Source: Candidatus Kuenenia stuttgartensis (GTDB taxonomy: Bacteria; Planctomycetota; Brocadiia; Brocadiales; Brocadiaceae). Taken from it: a stretch of 32,000 nucleotides of DNA. This document shows positions 16,573 through 23,784 of the stretch, one piece after another. The DNA lies in NCBI RefSeq assembly GCF_900232105.1, contig NZ_LT934425.1:3660001-3692000 (forward strand), in the 5' to 3' direction. Each line of letters begins with the position of its first letter. Position 1 is the first letter of the stretch. The position numbers were made by a program, and so were the translations under genes. Under the pieces are notes generated by a model. It had not been told where the DNA came from. It saw only the letters and a list, made by a program, of their open reading frames with translations, and made no database searches.

Positions 16573-17529
16573 ATGGATAAATCAATTAGAAAAAATGAGA
16601 TATGCGTTGTTGGATTACCACGCTGTGACTTCGTGTTTTCTTCAACTCGTAGTTGTTTCATAGCGTATGGCTTTGATACTAGTACACTGGAAATGAATAT
16701 CCTAAAAAGCCTACTAGAAGAGCGCGGCCTCATTGCTGAAGAAGCAGGTGGTACACTTGCTCCTGGTCAAAGTGCATTTTGCGCAAAAATTTGCTCGAAA
16801 ATTATTACATCTCAATTCTGTGTAGTTTTATTAAATCATGACTTAAGAAATGGCGTTGAGACTCCAAATGCAAACGTAAATATGGAATATGGGCTAATGC
16901 TAGGATTTAATAAATATGTAATCCCTTTTCAACGTGAGGGCCAGCATCTTCCCTTTAATGTCGCTGGCCTAGATACCGTAAAATACACAAATCAAAACTT
17001 TCGAGATAAAGCGATTATTGCATTAGAACAGGCAATCTCTGAAACGACACAGGAGTCAGTGCCACGGGACAATTCTGATCAAATAATCCAATTGTTTTTA
17101 ATGGAGAGAGGATTACTAGTTTCTGCGATAGATAGCGAAGGCGATAGAAACTTGTATCGCTTGGGTGATTCACTTGGATTTAACCTGCTCAATACATTCT
17201 CAGGTAACGAGTACGTATACTTTGGCAGATTTACTTCTCTTAGGCCAGAATCTGTCGTATGGCGATTAAGAAAACTTAATTCAGTAGTATCAGGCCGACG
17301 CAGCTCACTTCCTGGTAGAGTCGCGCAGGGTCTTATTACACAAGAACTACTACCTTTTGTAGATCGATTGTTCGAGACAATGAGTATTATGGTCATAGTA
17401 ACAAGTGATGCTGATAAAACAGTAATTACTGAACAACTACAAAGACAACCACTTGATTACTCTGTGGAGCTACTTACCGTCACGGAAATATTTAATGAGG
17501 TTAAAAGTGCAATACCAACTAATGCCTAA
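16573..17529 (+). CDS. Two-domain protein: N-terminal TIR / nucleoside 2-deoxyribosyltransferase / SLOG-like Rossmannoid domain plus C-terminal domain of unknown family
   Basis: CFIAYGFD (first strand), FCVVLLNHD and NANVNMEYGLMLGFNKYVIPF (an acidic residue-Gly...Lys-x-V-I motif as in NDT/TIR-like folds). I could not recognise the C-terminal ~150 aa. Confidence 0.5.
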   Translation: MDKSIRKNEICVVGLPRCDFVFSSTRSCFIAYGFDTSTLEMNILKSLLEERGLIAEEAGGTLAPGQSAFCAKICSKIITSQFCVVLLNHDLRNGVETPNANVNMEYGLMLGFNKYVIPFQREGQHLPFNVAGLDTVKYTNQNFRDKAIIALEQAISETTQESVPRDNSDQIIQLFLMERGLLVSAIDSEGDRNLYRLGDSLGFNLLNTFSGNEYVYFGRFTSLRPESVVWRLRKLNSVVSGRRSSLPGRVAQGLITQELLPFVDRLFETMSIMVIVTSDADKTVITEQLQRQPLDYSVELLTVTEIFNEVKSAIPTNA

Positions 17530-17583
17530 CAAGGCACTCCAGCCGACGCTAAAAAGCAGCGCGGCTGAGTTTGATCGTTAGTA
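17524..17583 (+). other. attC-like recombination site D
   Basis: GCCTAAC-aag-gcactccagccgacgc-taaaaa-gcagcgcggctgag-tttgatc-GTTAGTA. The left arm carries two extra (bulged) bases relative to the right arm. The stop codon of the 318-aa gene lies inside the left box. Confidence 0.65.
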
Positions 17584-17618
17584 TCAGTAACTATCAATAA
17601 AGTACCAGGAGATTAAAG

Positions 17619-17813
17619 ATGTTAAATACATTGTGGGGTGTTGTCAAAAAAGAAAAAATTGAGCTTCTGGAAAAGGCAAATATCCCTGAAGGGACAAGGG
17701 TTTTGGTAACTGTGTTGGAGATGGCAACGGGGTCGGACCATGATAAGTTATCGCTGCACAAAGAGATAACCTTTAAAGGGGTGACATTTTTATCCTTAAA
17801 TACCTATTTTTAG
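17619..17813 (+). pseudogene. Chimeric/disrupted DUF104-like antitoxin gene
   Basis: The first 33 codons (MLNTLWGVVKKEKIELLEKANIPEGTRVLVTVL) are nearly identical to the gene at 19508. The ORF then diverges and runs into the Y1-transposase repeat that starts at 17749. Confidence 0.6.
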
Positions 17814-18665
17814 TACAGAAAAGAGTTGTTTAAGTAATTTTTGTTATGGCACGTGCAAATAGACATTATATCCCAAATTATGTTTGGCATATTACTCATA
17901 GATGCCATAAGAAAGAATTTCTTTTGAAATTTCTGAAAGATCGTAAGCGTTGGGTGTACTGGCTGTTTGTAGCTAAAAAGAGATTTGGATTAAGGATATT
18001 AAACTATACTGTCACATCAAATCATATTCATCTATTGGTTATTGACAATGGTCGTGAGGTTATTCCGAAGAGTATCCAATTGGTAGCGGGGAGAACTGCA
18101 CAGGAGTATAATCAAGGAAAAAAGCGTAAGGGTGCATTTTGGGAAGACAGATATCACGCAACGGCAATAGAAACTGACATACATTTGATAAGATATATGA
18201 TGTATATTGATTTGAATATGGTCAGGGCTGGTGTTGTAAAGCATCCGTGTGAATGGGCAATGAGTGGATATGATGAGATACAAAACCCACCGGATAGATA
18301 CGCCTTAATAGACATAAAAGGCTTGATTGAATTATGTGGGTTATCCAACAAGGAACAACTGAGGCATGAATATAAACAATGGGTAGAAGCTGCCATTAAT
18401 GATAATGGCCTCAGGAGAGAGTTCTGTTGGACAGCAAGTATCGCAGTAGGGAGTAGGCGATTTGTAGAAGATACGAAGGTTAAGTTATGTTTAAAAGCAC
18501 ATGGACGCAAGGTAGAGGAGGGTAACGATAAGTTTGTACTTAAAGAACCGATTGTTCCTTACAATGCTCATTTAAGTGCCAAAAAAGATCTTCTAAGGCA
18601 TGAAAATATGTATTGTTGGGGGTGAAACATAGTCAACGCAACAGGTTAGCTTGGTCCGACCCGAT
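17749..18665 (+). mobile_element. Y1-transposase (IS200-like / RAYT-type) repeat unit, right copy
   Basis: Direct repeat of 10338-11255. Confidence 0.85.
17846..18625 (+). CDS. IS200-like/REP-associated tyrosine (HUH, Y1) transposase, 259 aa
   Basis: Same protein as 10435.. with seven amino-acid differences. It ends at a TGA that is lost in the left copy. Confidence 0.8.
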   Translation: MARANRHYIPNYVWHITHRCHKKEFLLKFLKDRKRWVYWLFVAKKRFGLRILNYTVTSNHIHLLVIDNGREVIPKSIQLVAGRTAQEYNQGKKRKGAFWEDRYHATAIETDIHLIRYMMYIDLNMVRAGVVKHPCEWAMSGYDEIQNPPDRYALIDIKGLIELCGLSNKEQLRHEYKQWVEAAINDNGLRREFCWTASIAVGSRRFVEDTKVKLCLKAHGRKVEEGNDKFVLKEPIVPYNAHLSAKKDLLRHENMYCWG

Positions 18666-18787
18666 CCAACAAAGAGACATAAGCGATGGTGTTTGAAGTG
18701 TTTATCAATATAGTACTTGCCATATCAAAGGCGTGTTATATGTACAATAAATCTGTATTCCGCATATTATGCGGATCAATCTAATCA

Positions 18788-19114
18788 ATGTTAGCACTTA
18801 AAAGAAGAAAACAGATGAAACCAGAAAAAAACGATATACCTATAAAGGTCAAAATATCTGGCAGGCAATTAGAAGAACTCCAGAAATATACAGTCGATAT
18901 GTGTGAAGCATTTGGTCTGGATAGAAGAATTGAAAATTACAAAGGTACTAGACCAATATCCTTTTACAGTTGGGATTTAGATTGTATCCTAGATGTACTT
19001 TCTATGGCCCTTAATGATAAAAAAGAATATCCAGATAGAGAAGATGAAGGCTACATCAAGCTGCACGAATTATATGTTCAGTTGAAAACTGCATATAAAG
19101 AAACATACGGGTAA
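18788..19114 (+). CDS. Hypothetical protein (cassette-borne), unknown family
   Basis: 108-aa ORF with coding-like composition and no motif I recognise. An alternative start is at 18815. Confidence 0.4.
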   Translation: MLALKRRKQMKPEKNDIPIKVKISGRQLEELQKYTVDMCEAFGLDRRIENYKGTRPISFYSWDLDCILDVLSMALNDKKEYPDREDEGYIKLHELYVQLKTAYKETYG

Positions 19115-19342
19115 TTTACAGGGTGTGGCTTGTCGGCGGCACTGGGATAAAGCCAATAGAATCCAAACATTATTGGTATCAATGAAATACAACCGCCAAG
19201 CCACGGCCTTATTTTGATGGGTCGGCTTAGCTCAACATATTTTGTAAATCAAACATTAATTGCAGCAGAAAGTAAGTGCAAGAAAAGTAAAGGCAAGGCA
19301 AGGCAAGGCTCGTGGGTATAATAAACAACGCAGGTAATTCAG

Positions 19343-19472
19343 TGCTAACCAGCGCATTCAGCCGACCAGCTACCCTTTTGCGGTTTTCTAGTTTTGTGGC
19401 TTCGTTCACCATCATCATGCAGGCCAACTTATGCGCTTCTAATCTGCTGTCGGCTGATGCTGTGCGTTAGTA
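19343..19472 (+). other. attC-like recombination site E (long form, ~130 bp)
   Basis: TGCTAAC-cag-cgcattcagccgaccagc ...(~75 nt)... gctgtcggctgatgctgtgc-GTTAGTA. The arms are complementary with bulges and homologous to those of site D. Confidence 0.55.
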
Positions 19473-19507
19473 TCAGTAACTATCAATAAAGTACCAGGAG
19501 ATTAAAG

Positions 19508-19675
19508 ATGTTAAATACATTGTGGGGTGTTGTCAAAAAAGAAAAAATTGAGCTTCTGGGAAAGGCAAATATCCCTGAAGGGACAAGGGTTTTGGTAACT
19601 GTGTTGCCTGACGATACTGGATTTACAGTTCTGGTTGAAAACAAGCCAAATCTCTTTGGATGCGATTTGGAATAA
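19508..19675 (+). CDS. DUF104/AF2212-like small antitoxin (55 aa; below the ORF-track size cut-off)
   Basis: My translation: MLNTLWGVVKKEKIELLGKANIPEGTRVLVTVLPDDTGFTVLVENKPNLFGCDLE. The G-x-I-x-LL...PEGT-V-V-V pattern is typical of this antitoxin family. It lies directly upstream of a MazF-like gene. Confidence 0.6.
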   Translation: MLNTLWGVVKKEKIELLGKANIPEGTRVLVTVLPDDTGFTVLVENKPNLFGCDLE

Positions 19676-19692
19676 CTCAGAGGATGATGTGT

Positions 19693-19977
19693 ATGCAGAA
19701 TTACTCAAAGAATGATGTAGTTTTAGTCCGTTATCCCTTTGCAGATTTGTCAAGCTCAACGGTCAGACCTGCGGTTGTTATCAGTACGCCACATATCTCT
19801 GGTGACATTTTTGTTGTGCCACTGACCAGTAAAACAGCTTCTCTTTTGCCGGGTGAGTTTATACTGACAGACTGGAATAGTGCGGGGCTTAATGTGATCA
19901 CGACGGTTAAGCGTGGAATTTACACTGCAAACAGGGAATATGGGGACACTTCCCATATTTCTTGTTTGATCTGGTAG
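19693..19977 (+). CDS. PemK/MazF-family toxin; the 3' end is replaced by a REP-like hairpin, so it is probably truncated and inactive
   Basis: KNDVVLVRYPFADLSSSTVRPAVVIS...IFVVPLTSK...LLPGEFILTDWNSAGLNVITTVKRGIYT is MazF-like. From ~19934 the reading frame runs through REP copy 4. Confidence 0.6.
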   Translation: MQNYSKNDVVLVRYPFADLSSSTVRPAVVISTPHISGDIFVVPLTSKTASLLPGEFILTDWNSAGLNVITTVKRGIYTANREYGDTSHISCLIW

Positions 19978-20001
19978 GAGAATAAGGGAAGTGTTCCTAT
20001 A
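19934..20001. repeat. REP-like hairpin copy 4, interrupted by IS630 (the remaining 6 nt are at 21130-21135)
   Basis: gggaatatggggacacttcccatatttcttgtttgatctggtaggagaataagggaagtgttccta-TA. Joining it to TA-tttccc at 21128-21135 restores the ...cctatatttccc arm seen in copy 1. Confidence 0.8.
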
Positions 20002-21127
20002 TAGTCAAACAAATCAGGTTTTCGAAATTTGCTCGCCAATAATTTGAAAATTTTCAGTTAAAAGAGTAGACAATTCATCTGTATACTCGTTAATATTTTT
20101 GAAAAAACTTAAACATTTGTTTTTAAACTTCTCATAAGTATCATAATACTTGTTATACAATATTTCTTTGCGAAAGAATTTCCATAATCTTTCAATGAGA
20201 TTTAAATTGGGTGAATAGGAAGGGAGAAATTTGATCTTTATTCTCGAATTTGCAAGGTATTCTTTGACCAACTTAGAACTGTAATATTTAGCATTATCAG
20301 AGATTATGTAAATAGTACCGGCTTGAGCATACCTTGACTCTATTTCATGGAAAAGCTTTATTGTTGATTGAGCATTGATGCTTTCATCTTCCCGGATTGT
20401 TACTTCAAAGGTTTCTATGTCAATAGCACCGTTTAAATTTATTCTTTTCCTACCGGTATTAGAGGGTATTTCCTTCTTTTTGCCTTTCTCTATCCAGCAA
20501 TATGCAGACGTAGAATTGTGCTGTGGATGAACTCCATCCATAAAAAGTATCTTATCTCCGGGGGCTTTCTCTTCTTTGAGTTGTTTGTATTTTTCGATAA
20601 ATTCTTTTTGTTTTTCAGGGTTTGCTTTGCCTGGAACTATTGTAGTTTTCTTGTAAGTAAAGCCTAATCTATCGAGGGTATGTACCATTCCTTCGGGTGT
20701 ATAGATTTTATTGAATGTCTGTTTTACATATTCAACAATTTCTTTTGCCGCGCTATAGTTGTTTTTCCTGATATGATCTTTTAATTGTTCTTCTTGTTCG
20801 CAGGTGAGTTTTGGCACACAGCCAATATAATTGTCAGATAAAAGCCCGTCAAAACCTTTATCTTTGTATAGTTTTTCGTAATTCCTGATTGTTTGATCGT
20901 CTAACAAGAGCGCTTCTGCTACTTCTTCATAACTCCATCCTGAATCAAGAAGAAGTATAGCTTTGATTCGGTCGGCATGACGTCTATGAGGCTCTTTCTT
21001 ATGTGCTTTTTTAAATTCTATTCGGGTTTTTTCACTGAGAAATGGATTCATGCAGAATTTAATACTCTAGAAACAATTCAAATGCAAGAAAAAAACAGGT
21101 TCTTCTAAAAATAAATGCTTTTTACTA
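20002..21127 (-). mobile_element. IS630-family insertion sequence (~1.13 kb) with TA target duplication
   Basis: TA at 20000-20001 and at 21128-21129. The ends are TAGTCAAAC... and ...CTTTTTACTA (reverse complement TAGTAAAAAG). It has a single transposase ORF. Confidence 0.8.
20014..21051 (-). CDS. IS630-family (Tc1/mariner-like DDE) transposase
   Basis: N-terminal HTH region (ILLLDSGWSYEEVAEALLLDDQTIRNY). DDE-region blocks are LFMDGVHPQHN, IYIISDNAKYYSS and FLPSYSPNLNLIERLWKFFRKE. Confidence 0.85.
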   Translation of the reverse strand: MNPFLSEKTRIEFKKAHKKEPHRRHADRIKAILLLDSGWSYEEVAEALLLDDQTIRNYEKLYKDKGFDGLLSDNYIGCVPKLTCEQEEQLKDHIRKNNYSAAKEIVEYVKQTFNKIYTPEGMVHTLDRLGFTYKKTTIVPGKANPEKQKEFIEKYKQLKEEKAPGDKILFMDGVHPQHNSTSAYCWIEKGKKKEIPSNTGRKRINLNGAIDIETFEVTIREDESINAQSTIKLFHEIESRYAQAGTIYIISDNAKYYSSKLVKEYLANSRIKIKFLPSYSPNLNLIERLWKFFRKEILYNKYYDTYEKFKNKCLSFFKNINEYTDELSTLLTENFQIIGEQISKT

Positions 21128-21254
21128 TATTTCCCTGACTGGGTTATGCATCGTATTTCGCGTTTCGGATTTCAACATTAAATATTTTGCCAAAAAGCAC
21201 GCACTGACGAATGGAAGTGTGCAGAAAAATTACTGATAAGGTACTGCAGGGTTA

Positions 21255-23444
21255 TTACTCAGGGTCATCTTCCGGGATATTTCGTGTTTTCCCGCGGTGG
21301 GGCTTTTCATTTCTGTTCTCATAGGGGATAAAATCCACCTCTCGTTTTAAAAGATCTATTTTGTATATTTTTACTTTTACCACGTCTCCGATTCGAAACA
21401 TTTTTTTCCGTCTGGTGCCTACAAGCGCCATATGTTTTTTGCTTATCTGATAGATATCATCTTCCAGGGTACGGATATGTACAAGACCTTCCAGGAGATA
21501 TTCGCTTAATTGCACAAAGAAGCCGTATTCCTGCACTCCGGTGATAATGCCCTCAAAATTATCTCCCACACGGGTTTCAAAAAAGCGCAGCAATTTCAGT
21601 TTGGTGATTTCCCGCTCTGCTTCTTCCGCCCTGCGTTCCGTAACGGAGCAATGCCCTGCCCATTCTGGCAAACAGTTTTCCCATATTTTTTGCACGACAG
21701 GTGACCGCAATTCTCCTGAAAAATGCTGATCCAAAACCCTGTGGATAATGAGGTCGGGATAGCGGCGGATAGGGGATGTGAAATGAGCGTAATGTTCAAG
21801 GGCAAGGGCAAAATGCCCGCTCTCCGTTGCCGAATACACTGCCTGTTTCATCGATTTCAGCAAGACAAGGTTTATCATATGCGCCTCAGGTTTTCCGCTT
21901 ATTTCCTTCAAAAATGCTTGTAATTGATGTATTTTAAAAGGGTCCACTCTGGTGTTTTCAAGCCCGCGGACAAAATCAGCGAATTCGAGCATATCTTCTT
22001 CGTCAGGCTCCGGATGCACCCTGCTTATCAGCGGCAATTTGTTTTTATGCATAAATGTCGCCACCATTTCATTTGCCAGGAGCATACACTCCTCAACAAG
22101 CCGGTGTGATACATCCCTTTCTTCCTTTTCAACATGTTCAATATTTCCCTGTTCGTCCAGTTTCAGGGATACTTCAGGCAGGTCAAGCTCTATTGCCCCC
22201 CGGTTCATTTTGTTCTTAAAAAGTATTTGTGCCAGTTGCGCCAGTTCTACCAAAACATTCTTTACCATCTCCGGTATATTCCCCGCCGATTCATTATTAA
22301 TAATTGCCGTTGCCTGTTTATAGGTTAAGCGTTTTGTAGCGTTGATGACTGAATGTTTAACAGTGCTTTTGAGGATATGTCCCTCAGGGTCAATCGTTAC
22401 GAGAACGCTTTTGGTCAGACGGTCTTCCCCTTCCATGAGACTGCAAAGATTATTCGATAATGCCTCCGGCAGCATGGGAATGACTTTCCCTGGCAAATAT
22501 ACGCTCGTACCGCGGAGTCGTGCTTCTTTATCAATGGCAGAGTCCTGTTTTACATAATAGGAAACATCGGCGATATGCACCCCCAATTGCCAATTACCCC
22601 TATCGTCCTTTTCAAGGGACAGCGCATCATCAAAATCCTTGGCGTCATCCGGGTCTATTGTGATAATGAGCTTTTTCCGTAAATCAAGCCGTGTTTGGAT
22701 TTCCTCCTGAGGTATTTCCTGAGAGATGCTTTCCGCTTCATTCAATACATTTTTATGAAATGCCCGCGGCAGTTTGAATTGATATATTATGGAATGGAGG
22801 TCTACTTTCGGGTCGCCTTCTTTTCCTAATATTTCCGTTATCTCGCCTTCCGGATTCAGGTGTCTTGACGGCCATTGCACTATTTTAACCACTACCTTAT
22901 CATCCGGTGTAGCGTCTTTTGCATCGCCTTCTGTTACATAAACATCTCTGAACAGGCGTGCGTTGTCCGGTACGACGTATCGTAACCGTTTGGACTTTTT
23001 AAAGGTACCCACAACTAAAGGATTGGCGCGTTTTAACACGTTGACAATCTGTCCGGAACCGCCCCCCTTTTGTTTGCCTCTTTTTGGTATTTGTTCTAAA
23101 TCCGGCAGGCGAACAACGACGGTATCTCCGTGCATGGCAGAATGCATGTTTTCTTCGTTTACAAAGATATCCTTCCCCTCGCCTTTTTTCGCCGGCACTA
23201 CAAAGCCAAACCCCCTTGAATTGCAATCCATCGTTCCCACCAACAGATTTACCGTTTTGGGATTGGCGTATTGTTTTCGTTTTATCTTGACGATTTCACC
23301 CTGGAATTCGAGATCCTGCAATAATTTGCAGAAAGCCCGGTATTCCTGGTCGTTGATCTCAAAATGTTCCGCCAGCTCGGCGGCAGTCATTGGAGTGTAT
23401 TTTTTGCTGTGGACAAATTGTATAATTGATACAGGTTCTATCAT
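21255..23444 (-). CDS. rnr: Ribonuclease R (3'-5' exoribonuclease, RNB + S1 domains)
   Basis: 729 aa. It has an N-terminal HTH/cold-shock-like region, RNB motifs (ITIDPDDAKDFDDALS, YLPGKVIPMLPEALSNNLCSL, HFALALEHYAHFTSPIRRYPDLIIHR) and a C-terminal S1 domain (FEGIITGVQEYGFFVQL). Confidence 0.9.
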   Translation of the reverse strand: MIEPVSIIQFVHSKKYTPMTAAELAEHFEINDQEYRAFCKLLQDLEFQGEIVKIKRKQYANPKTVNLLVGTMDCNSRGFGFVVPAKKGEGKDIFVNEENMHSAMHGDTVVVRLPDLEQIPKRGKQKGGGSGQIVNVLKRANPLVVGTFKKSKRLRYVVPDNARLFRDVYVTEGDAKDATPDDKVVVKIVQWPSRHLNPEGEITEILGKEGDPKVDLHSIIYQFKLPRAFHKNVLNEAESISQEIPQEEIQTRLDLRKKLIITIDPDDAKDFDDALSLEKDDRGNWQLGVHIADVSYYVKQDSAIDKEARLRGTSVYLPGKVIPMLPEALSNNLCSLMEGEDRLTKSVLVTIDPEGHILKSTVKHSVINATKRLTYKQATAIINNESAGNIPEMVKNVLVELAQLAQILFKNKMNRGAIELDLPEVSLKLDEQGNIEHVEKEERDVSHRLVEECMLLANEMVATFMHKNKLPLISRVHPEPDEEDMLEFADFVRGLENTRVDPFKIHQLQAFLKEISGKPEAHMINLVLLKSMKQAVYSATESGHFALALEHYAHFTSPIRRYPDLIIHRVLDQHFSGELRSPVVQKIWENCLPEWAGHCSVTERRAEEAEREITKLKLLRFFETRVGDNFEGIITGVQEYGFFVQLSEYLLEGLVHIRTLEDDIYQISKKHMALVGTRRKKMFRIGDVVKVKIYKIDLLKREVDFIPYENRNEKPHRGKTRNIPEDDPE

Positions 23445-23620
23445 AGGTACTTTATTAACAATAAAATTATTTTAATGAAAAAGGGAAATACATGTACGGA
23501 TATTGAAAAGGTTATAGAGGGGATGTCTTTAATATAGGAGTAATGGACATAGAAGAATTTAATATGCCTGTAATTGTCATTTTCGCCAAAGGGAGAAATT
23601 CTAAGATTTCTCCCTTTGCA

Positions 23621-23730
<110 letters not shown>

Positions 23731-23784
23731 TGTTACGGTATAATGGCAAATTCCAAATTCCAAATCCCTAAGTTCCATGAGCCT

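Noticed and set aside
14085-17529. Calling the TIR cluster a canonical Thoeris system
   Set aside because: Thoeris needs a ThsA effector (SIR2-SLOG or TM-Macro type). I find no SIR2, Macro or clear SLOG signature in or next to the cluster, so I report it as a candidate new or variant system instead.
19125-19232. A further attC-like site after the 108-aa ORF (gtgtggcttgtcggcgg ... ccgccaagccacgg, then tcggcttagctcaac resembling site A's arm)
   Set aside because: The arms pair, with a 2-nt bulge, but I cannot find convincing AAC/GTT boxes. The site A-like segment lacks its GTT box. It is too degenerate to call by eye.
21510-23475. Numerous 60-170-aa ORFs antisense to or overlapping rnr. The same occurs inside the GmrSD-like gene, the cytochrome genes, the transposase genes and at 19227-19427.
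   Set aside because: All are embedded in or antisense to much longer ORFs with clear family signatures, or they overlap an attC-like site (19227-19427). They have no RBS and no recognisable motifs.
23591-23614. Perfect 9-bp hairpin (gggagaaat-tctaag-atttctccc) as a terminator between yhaM-like and rnr
   Set aside because: The stem is AT-rich and, on the relevant minus strand, is followed by only three T residues. That is not strong enough to call.
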